Of a DNA stretch of 64,000 nt, positions 26,446 through 36,533 are shown in pieces (positions within the stretch are counted from its first letter, which is position 1; each line of letters opens with the position of its first letter). The notes under the pieces are model-generated. The model did not search any database, was not told the origin of the DNA, and saw only the letters and a list, made by a program, of their open reading frames with translations. Location: the sequence record PV740454.1; one strand, 5' to 3'. The translations under genes and the position numbers were made by a program.

Positions 26446-26626
26446 TTTTGTAGTAGACGTATTCTTGACAGTAGTTATGCTGTTCGTCGGTGTCCTTCAG
26501 CTAGTTGTTGGTGCATTGCTGTTAATCTTAGGTGTTATCATTGGTGTAATTGCGATTGTTGGTGGTGTTATTATTACTGCTATTGTATGGCCATTGATTC
26601 AGCTTTACGAATGGATCGCGAAATGA
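26435..26626 (+). CDS. very hydrophobic small membrane protein
   Basis: Gly/Val/Ile-rich; GAGG SD. Confidence 0.6.
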   Translation: MKFDFVVDVFLTVVMLFVGVLQLVVGALLLILGVIIGVIAIVGGVIITAIVWPLIQLYEWIAK

Positions 26627-26943
26627 TAGACTTAAAATCGCTTATCAAGAACGTGAAACAAGCTCGTGATCATCCAGAACTCGACTTATGTCGATGTAGC
26701 GTATGTCATACTGATTTTAAAGTCAGTGAATGTATTCACGACTACGGTCACCATGACGGTTGGGAAATGCCGGCTTATACAGAGATTCAATGTCCTGATT
26801 GTGACGAAGGTTGTATTGAAGATTTCTGGTCAAGTGATAAAGCAGTTCTTGAGTACGGTGAATATCTACAAGAGAACGACCCAGAGCGTTTTGACGAGTA
26901 CAAGACGTATTATCCAGATGTGTATGGAGAGAAAAATGTATAA
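26623..26943 (+). CDS. Zn-ribbon protein
   Basis: CSVC...CPDC. Confidence 0.65.
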   Translation: MIDLKSLIKNVKQARDHPELDLCRCSVCHTDFKVSECIHDYGHHDGWEMPAYTEIQCPDCDEGCIEDFWSSDKAVLEYGEYLQENDPERFDEYKTYYPDVYGEKNV

Positions 26944-27091
26944 TGGTGATATGAACACGCCTGCGGGATTAGATTTCGACAAGCGTTCAGAGACGTATGA
27001 AGATTATTTGCTAAAGAGCAAAGACAACTCTGATTACTCGCGCCGAGTGAAGCGAGCTATTAAAGCGAAGCAAGCTAGACGTGGTTATTAG
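26936..27091 (+). CDS. small hypothetical protein
   Basis: GGAG SD at internal ATG of track ORF 26666. Confidence 0.55.
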   Translation: MYNGDMNTPAGLDFDKRSETYEDYLLKSKDNSDYSRRVKRAIKAKQARRGY

Positions 27092-27092
27092 T

Positions 27093-27302
27093 ATGAAAAT
27101 TCGCAAAGGCAGTGTTTTAGAAGAGACGTTGTTAGGTGATGTGTTCAACTACAAGATCGTTTCTCCAGTGACGAGCGTTGACAAAAAGCAGTCTTTTACA
27201 ATGCAAGTTGTTTCTGTTGCGGGTAAGCAAGTCGTGAATGGTTATAGTGCCAACGTCACCATTTACAAAACATCTAGCAGATTTAAAGTACGAGAGTATT
27301 AG
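27093..27302 (+). CDS. hypothetical protein
   Basis: ORF tiling. Confidence 0.6.
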   Translation: MKIRKGSVLEETLLGDVFNYKIVSPVTSVDKKQSFTMQVVSVAGKQVVNGYSANVTIYKTSSRFKVREY

Positions 27303-27311
27303 AGAGGAAAT

Positions 27312-27746
27312 ATGATTTATCGATTTTGGGAAACACCAACTAGCGATTGTCTAATTGAAATCATACATGATGGTAAAGAAGACGGTGAGCGTGCTTACAT
27401 CACCGACATGATTGATTTCTATCATACAGAAAATGGTCGTCAAGCGTTGTTGGGTCATACTGATGGTTGGGGAACTGTTAACTTTACCAAGTATGATATT
27501 CGCGAATTAAAGTGTCTTGGTCGTATTGAGACTAAACCTCTTACATTATCAGCGAATGACAAGTCTGTTTTGAGTCGTTGCATTGATAAAGAAGGGTTTA
27601 ATTACGCTATGTTTGATTACAGCGATTATCAATCAGTCGAACGTAACGTTGTTCAGTCGCGTGAGTTTCATGAGCTACGCAACGGCTTGATTGATGCGAA
27701 GAGCAAACTACAAACTTGGTTAAAGATGCAGGGGATTGACGCATGA
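27312..27746 (+). CDS. hypothetical protein
   Basis: GAGG SD. Confidence 0.7.
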   Translation: MIYRFWETPTSDCLIEIIHDGKEDGERAYITDMIDFYHTENGRQALLGHTDGWGTVNFTKYDIRELKCLGRIETKPLTLSANDKSVLSRCIDKEGFNYAMFDYSDYQSVERNVVQSREFHELRNGLIDAKSKLQTWLKMQGIDA

Positions 27747-27897
27747 TCAAATACAAAGTTCGACCAGCGTTGTTTGGTCTATTATGGAAAGTTGTGCTTC
27801 ATGCTAACAGTTATGATCGTGCGACTATGAGTTTTCACACTACGTTTGCAGGTGCTATTGATTGTGCGCGTGCGTTGCAAGAAGAGGAGCTGTGATA

Positions 27898-28221
27898 ATG
27901 AGTCAGATGGAATACAACAAAGGCGTATTGACGCTTATTGATCAATCGCCTGAGAGTCTAGCTGAAGAGCTTATTACAGAGTTACCGTTATATTACGATT
28001 CTAAGCTTGAATGCTTACGTGACAACTCAGAAGCACATGGTCTAGTTTTTATTCTAGACAAGTGTTACCGTGTCACGTTTGAGCGAGAAGCAGAAGACTT
28101 GTATATGATTGCGAATGCAGACGTACAAGACAATGGTGATATTCATTTCGAAACGTATCATTACAATGGTGGTGCGCATTGGACTGAAGTCGTAGAAGGG
28201 GCGTTACGTGAAAATCGATGA
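27898..28221 (+). CDS. hypothetical protein
   Basis: GGAG SD. Confidence 0.7.
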   Translation: MSQMEYNKGVLTLIDQSPESLAEELITELPLYYDSKLECLRDNSEAHGLVFILDKCYRVTFEREAEDLYMIANADVQDNGDIHFETYHYNGGAHWTEVVEGALRENR

Positions 28222-28498
28222 ATTCATAGCAACGCCGTATGTACGTTCTAGACTATCGATGGTCGACAAATACGGAGATGTTGTGGTCACTTGTTCTAGT
28301 GAGTGGCATATGGATCATGTTGAGCGTGTGTTACTTGAGAACGCTAAGCTCAAAGAAGCACTTGGGAATACGCTTACGCATATCGATCAGGTAGAAAACA
28401 GTATGATGCGAATGGGCGTTGATGAAGTTGTACACGAAGATCTACCACGCGATTTACCGGAGTGGGATTTTCAAGAGTACGTGCAGTTGAGCAAATGA
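28208..28498 (+). CDS. hypothetical protein
   Basis: Overlap tiling. Confidence 0.65.
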   Translation: MKIDEFIATPYVRSRLSMVDKYGDVVVTCSSEWHMDHVERVLLENAKLKEALGNTLTHIDQVENSMMRMGVDEVVHEDLPRDLPEWDFQEYVQLSK

Positions 28499-28544
28499 TA
28501 TTACTTAATCTATTAGCAACTGTGATTGCTGTATACGGTGTATT

Positions 28545-28847
28545 ATGACCAGAATTGAAGAACTAGAAACGCAGATTCGAATGTTGAAAGACGAGTTGAA
28601 TGAAGAGCGTAATCGCTGTCATCATACTCGCATTACATACGAATACAAATCAAACACGGGTAATTACGATCCAACGTGTGATTCGTATTGGGTCAATGTG
28701 AAGTGCATTGATTGTAATCATCGTATGACGTTTGATTCTGATGAAGACAATACCAATTACAGAATGGTTGGTGAAATCGGTTCGGGTGGTCGAGTTGAGA
28801 CTCACGACTATGACACATATTTGAAAGTTAAGGGGATACTAGAATGA
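28545..28847 (+). CDS. coiled coil plus Zn-binding hypothetical protein
   Basis: CHH, CD, CIDC. Confidence 0.65.
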   Translation: MTRIEELETQIRMLKDELNEERNRCHHTRITYEYKSNTGNYDPTCDSYWVNVKCIDCNHRMTFDSDEDNTNYRMVGEIGSGGRVETHDYDTYLKVKGILE

Positions 28848-29179
28848 AATACGCACGTTACACTGAGTTCAACGATCATGAAGGTGAAACCTGGCATCGA
28901 TTTATTCCAATGACGGATCCATGTCTAGACAAGTTTCTAGATGTGATGAAGACCGTTGAAGATTCAGACGATACCTTTTCAATCGAGATTGACGGCGAAG
29001 GTAAGGTTGTTCAGTACGATGAATCATACGTTAAAGTGCTAGTTGACGAATCAGCTATGTACATGAACGGTTACATGGATGCATATGCCGTGTGCAACAT
29101 CAACGAAGACGCTTTAATATACACGAGCGACTACGAAGAAGCGTACGAAATGCTATACAAGATGGGGTGGGCGAAATGA
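28844..29179 (+). CDS. hypothetical acidic protein
   Basis: E.ND.EGETW motif. Confidence 0.7.
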   Translation: MKYARYTEFNDHEGETWHRFIPMTDPCLDKFLDVMKTVEDSDDTFSIEIDGEGKVVQYDESYVKVLVDESAMYMNGYMDAYAVCNINEDALIYTSDYEEAYEMLYKMGWAK

Positions 29180-29499
29180 GTCAAGCATTAACAGACTTAG
29201 CGATCAAGTTCAACGAAGCGCATAATTACAGCACAGAGCCAAATGAGTTGTACGAGACGTTCATTGAATGTCTAAGCAAACGCATCGTACAAGAAGAAAC
29301 CGAATCTGAGCATCGTTGGTATGACATTCGTTCTGTCGTACACGCTGTTGATATCGACGGGACAGAGCGTTACTTCGAGACGTTTGACTATCACATTACT
29401 GGTGATAACTCGGCGCGTGATATGGATTTGGACATGCCGACGCTTGAAGACGTGGTAGAAGTTCATCCGCATCAAGTTACAATGACAGTTTACAAGTAA
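29176..29499 (+). CDS. hypothetical protein
   Basis: ATGA overlap; ends at terminator. Confidence 0.7.
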   Translation: MSQALTDLAIKFNEAHNYSTEPNELYETFIECLSKRIVQEETESEHRWYDIRSVVHAVDIDGTERYFETFDYHITGDNSARDMDLDMPTLEDVVEVHPHQVTMTVYK

Positions 29500-29500
29500 T

Positions 29501-29643
29501 AAAAGCCCCTTAATTGGGGCTTTTTTAGGTTTGAAGAAAATAATTCCCATTTATTGGCAAAAAAGGCTTGCGTTGGTGGTGGTGATTTCGTATTATAGCT
29601 ACATCGAAACGAGATACACAACTAACAAAGAGAGAACATTATG
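29501..29643 (+). promoter_or_regulatory. terminator plus early promoter/leader cassette
   Basis: AAAGCCCC-TTAATT-GGGGCTTTTTT; TTGCGT-17-TATTAT; ATCGAAACGAGATACACA; AGAGAGAACATT-ATG. Confidence 0.85.
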
Positions 29644-30198
29644 TCTAGCAACTTAAACAACATCACAATCAAAGACATTCGCGAATTTGGTATCAGCACT
29701 GTTGAGTACAAAGACTTCACTATCTTTGCTACTGAATCTGACGGTGAAATTGAACTACGTGCTGCTGTACTGTACGATGCAGATTCAGATGCTCACGTGT
29801 CAGTAACTCAAGTTTACGCAGACACGTTACGTGAAGCGAAAGAGTCTCTTCAAACTGAATTGAACGATATCAAGCACAGTGCTGGTCAAATCGCGGGTAT
29901 GGCGCTTGTACTAGACTTTGTGGGTTCATATGAAGCTTTACTAGCTGAAGTTGAAAAATCGCGTACAGCCCCACAGAGCGCGTCTGAGACGGTATCTAAG
30001 AAACCAGCTCGTGGTGAATCAGCAAGAGCAGAGATTGCAGCGATTGCAACTGAGCATTTAGGTCTTGAAGATATCACATTTGAGAAGCGTGGTAAGAATG
30101 GTTTAGACTGGTACATTGTCGCGACTAAAGATGGTGCTGAGTTTGTTAAGCGTCTAGACGTATTCAAGAAAACATTGAAATCAATGGGTGTGTTATGA
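29641..30198 (+). CDS. hypothetical protein (early)
   Basis: Cassette ATG. Confidence 0.75.
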   Translation: MSSNLNNITIKDIREFGISTVEYKDFTIFATESDGEIELRAAVLYDADSDAHVSVTQVYADTLREAKESLQTELNDIKHSAGQIAGMALVLDFVGSYEALLAEVEKSRTAPQSASETVSKKPARGESARAEIAAIATEHLGLEDITFEKRGKNGLDWYIVATKDGAEFVKRLDVFKKTLKSMGVL

Positions 30199-30470
30199 TT
30201 AGATTCAGAAGAGAACGTGTTGTCTATGAGACGATTGAGATCACGACGGCACAAGAGTTGCTTGATAACGTAACTGCCGTTCGTTGTTACGATGACGAGC
30301 TTGACATTTACGTACCAGATGGTAGACCTGGGTTGTTGAATCGAATCGCAACTGTGAAAGTATCTGATGTGGGTTATGAAGGTAGTTCATTTGAAGATGC
30401 ATTCGATCACTTTAAAGAGAATTACGAAAAATACTTTGAACTTATTGAAAAAACGCTTGACGCGAACTGA
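30195..30470 (+). CDS. hypothetical protein
   Basis: ATGA overlap. Confidence 0.65.
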   Translation: MIRFRRERVVYETIEITTAQELLDNVTAVRCYDDELDIYVPDGRPGLLNRIATVKVSDVGYEGSSFEDAFDHFKENYEKYFELIEKTLDAN

Positions 30471-30485
30471 GTCAAGCTGTAAAAT
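30457..30485 (+). promoter_or_regulatory. early promoter with inverted repeat over -35
   Basis: TTGACG-17-TAAAAT; GCTTGAC...GTCAAGC. Confidence 0.7.
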
Positions 30486-30518
30486 CACTTTCGAACTAAC
30501 ACAAAAGAGAAAAATATT

Positions 30519-31100
30519 ATGAATCGTCGAGTTAAAATGAATTCATCACATCACACAATGCCAGTATCTAAAGGCGAAGATGGTATTCTGTTGCACACTG
30601 ACAACACGAAATACACAGTCTACTGGCCATCGATTGCGCGAGTGACGAAACACTTGAAGGATAAAGACATCATTGTATTGACGTTTGAGAACGCTTCTAA
30701 TGAAGAGACTGAAACTGCAATTCATGCGTACGCCGACTACAAAAACGGGCTAAAGAAACGCAAGAAGTCAGAAACAACTTCAGCTTCATCAGAAGTTGAT
30801 TACTCAACGCATTGGGGTTACCAAATAGGGTTGTCTCGTGATGATTTATCAGTAAAAGAAGTTGCAAAGCTTTTCATCGGTCGTCAAAAAGCAGACATGA
30901 TCTTGATTGAAAAGGTAAATGCATTGACTGGTGAAAAACACGACAACATTCGTGATGCTGCACATGCAATTGCACACGCTGAGATATCAGTGCGCTTTAA
31001 AGATGCAGAATCAGAGATCGAAGAAGTTTTAAAACGCAACGGGATTCCTGCTGCACAACTAAAAATTATGACACAAAACATTATGAACAAAGGTGAATAA
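30519..31100 (+). CDS. hypothetical protein
   Basis: Leader AAAGAGAAAAATATT-ATG. Confidence 0.7.
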   Translation: MNRRVKMNSSHHTMPVSKGEDGILLHTDNTKYTVYWPSIARVTKHLKDKDIIVLTFENASNEETETAIHAYADYKNGLKKRKKSETTSASSEVDYSTHWGYQIGLSRDDLSVKEVAKLFIGRQKADMILIEKVNALTGEKHDNIRDAAHAIAHAEISVRFKDAESEIEEVLKRNGIPAAQLKIMTQNIMNKGE

Positions 31101-31653
31101 CATGAATCGTTCCGTAGCATTAGTACTTTCTTACGCAGGCGTTTTCGAACCAACAACATACGAACTTGCTCAGCATTTTTATGATGCAAGCAGTTCAACG
31201 AAATACATTGATTCTGTTCGCCGAGCAGTTCATGACGAGCTACGCGCTGGTGTTGAATCTGGTGTATTGACGCGATACAGCGCAAAGAAACATGTTGGTA
31301 GCACGAAGCACGCTCACCGTTACATGTGTCGTAAAAAAGCAGATGCGCTTGGCATTAAGTCAGTACCATATATTGATGGTCGCAACACAATCCCACGCAC
31401 TGGTATTATCGCGTTGCTTGAGAAGTGCTTAGCGGAAATGATCGTTGATAAAACTTACCGTCACAAGAAGTTCACATCAAACGAAGATGGTCTAGCTACG
31501 CTTCTTCAATACATTCGCGAAGGCAAGACAGCAGCAGCACGCAAAGTGTTAAGCTCACATGCAAACACATATGAGCGCAATGCAAAGTACGTTATTCGCA
31601 ATCATCGTGGTGTTCTTGATGATGCTGGCGTTAAACTATCTGCATTGAAATAG
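31093..31653 (+). CDS. basic hypothetical protein, possible DNA binding
   Basis: Arg/Lys-rich, winged-helix-like N-terminus. Confidence 0.65.
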   Translation: MNNMNRSVALVLSYAGVFEPTTYELAQHFYDASSSTKYIDSVRRAVHDELRAGVESGVLTRYSAKKHVGSTKHAHRYMCRKKADALGIKSVPYIDGRNTIPRTGIIALLEKCLAEMIVDKTYRHKKFTSNEDGLATLLQYIREGKTAAARKVLSSHANTYERNAKYVIRNHRGVLDDAGVKLSALK

Positions 31654-31663
31654 GGATAGAATC

Positions 31664-31906
31664 ATGACACTAGACCAGATTGGATTTATCATCTATGGTG
31701 TAGTTGCAGTTCTGGTTGTTATCGGCTTCGTGATTCACGAAGTCGTTACAAACAAAGATAACGATACACCATCAGAGTTCGGCATTCAAACAATTTGCAT
31801 TGCACTCATATGGCCAGTAATTTCAATATTGATAATCGTTGTTGGCGGTGCACTTGCAATCGAGACAATCACAACTAAGCTCATGAACAAATTAAAGGGT
31901 AGATAA
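31664..31906 (+). CDS. 2-TM membrane protein
   Basis: Hydrophobic helices, IALIWP. Confidence 0.7.
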   Translation: MTLDQIGFIIYGVVAVLVVIGFVIHEVVTNKDNDTPSEFGIQTICIALIWPVISILIIVVGGALAIETITTKLMNKLKGR

Positions 31907-32289
31907 TGCAACCAATAGACGTTAGAGACAGACTACCGACACAAGACGGGACTTATCTTTGCATTCGATACGGTATGTCGTATATGCCAGAAGCGATTGA
32001 GTTCTTTATTGACTGCGACGACATCGGAACTTGGGCAGATGAGATTCTTTGCAGAGAAGGTGGCGGTGGTGTTAAGCCTTACAATCAGCTAACAAACGCT
32101 GAGAAATACTGGCGAACTAACTATGGTAAAGTTATCTACTGGTTCGAAATGCCAGAGAATCACATGAGCGCAAGCGACTTCAAAGATTATATGCTTGCTG
32201 AACTATGCAGTCGCGGTATTGATCCAGATGCGATTGACGGTAAATGGGATAGAGTAGAAGCACACGGAGAAACAACATGCACAAAATGA
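31906..32289 (+). CDS. hypothetical protein (DUF551-like DRLP start)
   Basis: IDVRDRLP...YWFEMP. Confidence 0.6.
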   Translation: MQPIDVRDRLPTQDGTYLCIRYGMSYMPEAIEFFIDCDDIGTWADEILCREGGGGVKPYNQLTNAEKYWRTNYGKVIYWFEMPENHMSASDFKDYMLAELCSRGIDPDAIDGKWDRVEAHGETTCTK

Positions 32290-32870
32290 CAGTACACGTA
32301 TGTGACTATTGCGACTTTCAAAGCATTCTAGAGCGTGAAGTCGCAGCACACGAGAAAGTTTGCGCTGCTGTTAAAACGTTCAACGACGTTAAAGCGATTC
32401 AGCAAGCACAAGCACACGCTTATCTCGACACGATTCGTTTACGTGCTTGCTCATTCAAACACTTGTTCGATATCATTCTTGATGAAGAAGACATGATCAT
32501 CGAAGCTGTTCACGTGTTGCATTACTACGGGGAAGAACGCAAAACACCGCGTATGATGAACTTCAGATGGGAATTCTGTCATTTCTGTCACGAGTATCAG
32601 CAATTTCGAGACGAGCGCAAGACACACAGCGCACCAGTTGGTGAGAAAACTTGCCCGATGTGGTCTGAAAACAGAGAAGACATCAAATTTGGGTTGGCTT
32701 CTTCAATTCGTTGTCATTGGGAACATCAAGGCAATCGTAAAAAGTTCGATTTATATCGCAAGTACATCGGTCGCATCCCGGGCATCAACTGTGGTACTGG
32801 CGGTGGTGTTGAGAAATGCGACTCTTATCTAACACTATGGAAAGATGACTTTCCATTAATTCGAGGTTAA
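32277..32870 (+). CDS. hypothetical protein with N-terminal Zn finger
   Basis: CDYC...HEKVC. Confidence 0.7.
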   Translation: MHKMTVHVCDYCDFQSILEREVAAHEKVCAAVKTFNDVKAIQQAQAHAYLDTIRLRACSFKHLFDIILDEEDMIIEAVHVLHYYGEERKTPRMMNFRWEFCHFCHEYQQFRDERKTHSAPVGEKTCPMWSENREDIKFGLASSIRCHWEHQGNRKKFDLYRKYIGRIPGINCGTGGGVEKCDSYLTLWKDDFPLIRG

Positions 32871-32871
32871 C

Positions 32872-33546
32872 ATGAAATACGTATTGAAAGTAGCAGAACG
32901 AAACTCAAGTCGAGTTTCAGACGGTTCGATTGGGTTGCTTGTTAATGAGCACTCACCAACGTTGATATTCTGGTTGAGCTTAGGTGAGATTATTGAATAC
33001 ACGACGTTGAATGTATCTGGAATTGAAGTTCAAACGAATGATTGTGTTGATCGAAAGCTAATTGCCAAAGCAAACGAAATGGCAAATGCATGGTTGAATG
33101 ACACTCCATTCACAATCACGGAAGATAGCGCAATGACTCCTGAAATGTTCACTGAGCGTGCAAAGATTATAATCAAGAACGCTGATAAATTTGCATCAAA
33201 CATTACAGATCATTTGTCAGCGTTTGAGGGATATGATGCATCGGAGTTCAAGCATGTTGATTCTGGTCTAGATGAACTAGGTAATGCATACATAGCATTC
33301 GAAGACTTTTTTGGTGAAGATGAAGGTCGAATTTTCTACTTGCATGACGTGAAAGACTTCTGGACAGAAGAATCAACGAAAGAAACTGAACGTCGATTCA
33401 TCGAAGAAGCAACCCGACGAGCTGAAGAGCGCGAGTTGAAAGAAGCAGCTAAGATTGCATACGATGAAGCAGTTTCTGAAAACAAAGAACGAGAAGAGCT
33501 AAATCGATTGATGAAGAAATACATCTTCAATGCCATACCAAATTAA
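32872..33546 (+). CDS. hypothetical protein, C-terminal coiled coil
   Basis: GAGG SD. Confidence 0.7.
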   Translation: MKYVLKVAERNSSRVSDGSIGLLVNEHSPTLIFWLSLGEIIEYTTLNVSGIEVQTNDCVDRKLIAKANEMANAWLNDTPFTITEDSAMTPEMFTERAKIIIKNADKFASNITDHLSAFEGYDASEFKHVDSGLDELGNAYIAFEDFFGEDEGRIFYLHDVKDFWTEESTKETERRFIEEATRRAEERELKEAAKIAYDEAVSENKEREELNRLMKKYIFNAIPN

Positions 33547-33563
33547 TTTCAATTTTACCAAAG

Positions 33564-33635
33564 AAAAGGGTTGCGCTATGCAGCCCTTTTTTGTATTATA
33601 GCTTTATCGAAACGAGATACAGAGAGAACACTATG
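33564..33635 (+). promoter_or_regulatory. terminator-fused early promoter/leader cassette (TTGCGC variant)
   Basis: GGGTTGC-GCTAT-GCAGCCCTTTTTT; TTGCGC-17-TATTAT. Confidence 0.85.
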
Positions 33636-33875
33636 ACTTCAGTAATCAATGCAAAATTTCAAGCTATCATCGACGCAGCCCAAGAAAAAGTTGTTGCTGA
33701 TAATGCAGAATTCGAAATCGAGCTAACTAACGCTGATATCGCAACGTTCATCTGGCACAACGAAATGACTCCTTTTGAGCGTCTAGAGTTCGTTCAAGAA
33801 TTCACGCAAGAGAATCTAGTTATCGAGCGTCGTTACAAACTTGCACTGTGGTTAATTGAAAATTCTTTAAAATAA
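33633..33875 (+). CDS. hypothetical protein
   Basis: Cassette ATG. Confidence 0.7.
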   Translation: MTSVINAKFQAIIDAAQEKVVADNAEFEIELTNADIATFIWHNEMTPFERLEFVQEFTQENLVIERRYKLALWLIENSLK

Positions 33876-33878
33876 TCA

Positions 33879-33939
33879 TTGACAGCAATCACCAAAAAGC
33901 CGATAATAGCTACATCAAAACGAAAGAGAGAACATTATG
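33879..33939 (+). promoter_or_regulatory. early promoter/leader cassette
   Basis: TTGACA-17-GATAAT; AGAGAGAACATT-ATG. Confidence 0.75.
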
Positions 33940-34227
33940 AACTACACTACTGAAACAATCACTGCTTGCATGAATCTAGTTGCTACATTGAAATCAGACA
34001 AGATTACAAAAGGTAACGTTGCTAAGCTACGTGCTGCATACAGAGCGCAAGATGATCAAGAAGTGTCTATTGCAATGTCTTCTATCTGTTCAGTTGCTGA
34101 GCGTCACTTAGACCGCAAAGCAGCGAATCGTCCTAGCATCACGAAGTGTGCAGAGTCTTACTTGAACTTTGATTGGACAACTATTCCTGGTTGTATTGGT
34201 TTCACTCGCGAAGTAGCAGAGGTTTAA
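33937..34227 (+). CDS. hypothetical protein
   Basis: Cassette ATG. Confidence 0.7.
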   Translation: MNYTTETITACMNLVATLKSDKITKGNVAKLRAAYRAQDDQEVSIAMSSICSVAERHLDRKAANRPSITKCAESYLNFDWTTIPGCIGFTREVAEV

Positions 34228-34316
34228 ATGAGCAAAATCGACGAGGTAGTATGGTGCATTTTATTTTATGGGCTTTGGGCACTGCATGTTGTAACTAAAA
34301 CGACATATAAATTACG

Positions 34317-34625
34317 TTGGATTTTACTCGGAGCATTTATCATATGGTTAGTCTTTTAAAAGCAGTAAACAGTGAGTTTACAGACAAGACAGGTTATATT
34401 CTGCCTGCTGAAATCGCAGAGAAAGTCGCACGCGAGTGTGAGCAAGAATATTGGGCATCGTTTTACACGCATGATTGCACGTCGTTAGACACTGCTGATC
34501 GTGACATTGCATTCGATTGCATTGCAGTAGAGCTTGGCTTTGAAGCTGGTTGGCCATTGTACATGTCAACTAAAGAATACACAGACCTGTTCTGGGCAGC
34601 TATTGAAAAATTGGAGAAAGCATGA
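34317..34625 (+). CDS. hypothetical protein (start uncertain)
   Basis: ORF tiling. Confidence 0.55.
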   Translation: MDFTRSIYHMVSLLKAVNSEFTDKTGYILPAEIAEKVARECEQEYWASFYTHDCTSLDTADRDIAFDCIAVELGFEAGWPLYMSTKEYTDLFWAAIEKLEKA

Positions 34626-34906
34626 AAATCATCAAACAGATTAAAGAGTACTTCTTCCCAACAATCATCCCGCCACAAATCGGTGATAAATTTCGTCAGA
34701 CCGAACATAATTGGATTGACCCTGACGAATCAGCGACTATAATCGAAATCGTGAACGTATCTAAAGATGGTAAGCACATCAAATATGTTTTTGTGACGAA
34801 TAATGGTAACCCAGTCGTGCAAACATTTGCAGGCAATGTATCTAATAGAACGTCACACGATTTCCCAACTGCACAACTTTATAGACTATTCGAGAAAGTA
34901 GAATGA
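34622..34906 (+). CDS. SH3-like paralog 1 (IGD/DPDE/SKDG motif)
   Basis: PQIGDKF...DPDESATIIEIVNVSKDG. Confidence 0.65.
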   Translation: MKIIKQIKEYFFPTIIPPQIGDKFRQTEHNWIDPDESATIIEIVNVSKDGKHIKYVFVTNNGNPVVQTFAGNVSNRTSHDFPTAQLYRLFEKVE

Positions 34907-35325
34907 CACGAATCAATTGCATGCCTGTTGAAACACTCTCTGACAAACATTTGCTTGCAGAGTATAAAGAGATAACTCGCCCTTTTAGCAAAGTCGAAGC
35001 ACGCATTGCAAACGACACAATGACAAATCTGAAAATCCCAGAGCACTACGTTCTGGGTACAGGGCACGAGACATTCTTTTTCGATAAGTTGCATTATCTT
35101 TATCTTCGATATCAAGATCTATGCGAAGAGCTGATTCATCGTGGCGTGAACATCGATATGACTAAGTTCAATGACATTTGTAATTGGGTTGTTACGACGT
35201 TCGAAGATACTGCATATTGGAACTATTGGGTTCCGCGTCCAGAAGACATGTACTTGAATATGGCACGACTTGTTAAACGCAGCAACTTTGAAGTTGCAAA
35301 ATCAGAAGCATTATCGGAGAATTAA
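34903..35325 (+). CDS. denV: pyrimidine-dimer DNA glycosylase/AP lyase (endonuclease V)
   Basis: MTRIN...LSDKHLLAEYKEITR, Y.LG.GH..FF.DKL.YL..RY. Confidence 0.92.
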   Translation: MTRINCMPVETLSDKHLLAEYKEITRPFSKVEARIANDTMTNLKIPEHYVLGTGHETFFFDKLHYLYLRYQDLCEELIHRGVNIDMTKFNDICNWVVTTFEDTAYWNYWVPRPEDMYLNMARLVKRSNFEVAKSEALSEN

Positions 35326-35327
35326 TT

Positions 35328-35777
35328 ATGGCAATCAGACCCAAATTCGACAATGAGCGTCGCGACCCACCAAAATGCGCACGATTCGATGACAGCGAGT
35401 ACGCAATGCCTAAAAAGCCTAAGGCTCGTGTTATCAAAGAAGACGATGTTGATTCAGATAAGAACGAAGTGAAAATATTACTTCTGCTTCTTGCTCTTAT
35501 TGCTGTCGTTGTGCTTGCTTTGAAGTTTGCAGGTGTATTCAGACCAGTTGATGTCGGTGATCGATATGCATATATCGAAGACAAGGGATGGACTTCTGCC
35601 TCACCAATGTATGAGATTGTAATCACTGATGTGAATTACAGTGAGCAATTGGTTCGTTATCAATACATCGGTCTTAATGATGTGACTAGAGAAATGTCGT
35701 TTCATGTATTAGACACTTTATATGTACCGTCAGATGACGTTGATGTGCCTGTACAACGAGCGGAGAAATCAAAATGA
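35328..35777 (+). CDS. membrane-anchored SH3-like paralog 2
   Basis: TM helix then VGDRY...EIVITDV..VRYQY. Confidence 0.6.
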   Translation: MAIRPKFDNERRDPPKCARFDDSEYAMPKKPKARVIKEDDVDSDKNEVKILLLLLALIAVVVLALKFAGVFRPVDVGDRYAYIEDKGWTSASPMYEIVITDVNYSEQLVRYQYIGLNDVTREMSFHVLDTLYVPSDDVDVPVQRAEKSK

Positions 35778-36139
35778 AATTCAAGTTGACACCATTTCGT
35801 TTTTTATGCGTGGTTGTTCTAGCATGGGTAACGATTGTATTTTTTCTATTCAATGTAACAAACGGGTTTACTAGCTTCAAAGCTGAACCTAAAGTTGGTG
35901 AATTATACAAACGTGTTAAAGTTTCTAATTTCGAGAGTGACCCCGATGAAGTAACAATAATCGAAATCACTGAAATCAGTAAAGATGGCGATGACGTTCG
36001 GTACATCTATCACATGATAGACAATAAAGAATATCATGACGATGACCCGTATCATTGGAGTGAAAAGGTGCATTCAATTCACAGAAATTACGAGAAGGTT
36101 GAAAATGAAAGCAACACAAAAGCAGATCGAACTATGTAA
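35774..36139 (+). CDS. membrane-anchored SH3-like paralog 3
   Basis: TM helix then PKVGELY...DPDEVTIIEITEISKDG. Confidence 0.65.
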   Translation: MKFKLTPFRFLCVVVLAWVTIVFFLFNVTNGFTSFKAEPKVGELYKRVKVSNFESDPDEVTIIEITEISKDGDDVRYIYHMIDNKEYHDDDPYHWSEKVHSIHRNYEKVENESNTKADRTM

Positions 36140-36329
36140 CTTGCTCATCGACAATGGTGCGCCATTTGAATTGAAGCACCCACACGAAGATAGTATTGAA
36201 GCTGCCGATCAATTCATCAAAGCAAATCGTCATTATCTACAGCGTGGTATTGTCAAACATGAGAACTATTACCACAAAGCAGTTGAGAACGGATTGATGC
36301 CAGAAGATCTAGGCGTGTGGAATATGTAA
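36105..36329 (+). CDS. hypothetical protein
   Basis: AT.KQ start; AAGG SD. Confidence 0.6.
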   Translation: MKATQKQIELCNLLIDNGAPFELKHPHEDSIEAADQFIKANRHYLQRGIVKHENYYHKAVENGLMPEDLGVWNM

Positions 36330-36336
36330 AAAGTAC

Positions 36337-36398
36337 TTGCAATGCTTATTCAGAAGTGTATAATGAATTCATCAACTAGAGAGAAGGAACACATTATG
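36337..36398 (+). promoter_or_regulatory. early promoter, CATCAACTAGAGAG leader variant
   Basis: TTGCAA-16-TATAAT; AAGGAACACATT-ATG. Confidence 0.7.
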
Positions 36399-36533
36399 AC
36401 TACTGACAGACTAGATTGGAACATCGTTAAGAAATCAAGCTTCATTGCAACGTACAAAGACGGTACAGTAATTGTAGCTCGTACTCGCAGTGAGTTAAAC
36501 AGCAAAATCAACGAATTCGAGAAAACGCTATGA
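36396..36533 (+). CDS. small hypothetical protein
   Basis: Cassette ATG. Confidence 0.55.
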   Translation: MTTDRLDWNIVKKSSFIATYKDGTVIVARTRSELNSKINEFEKTL

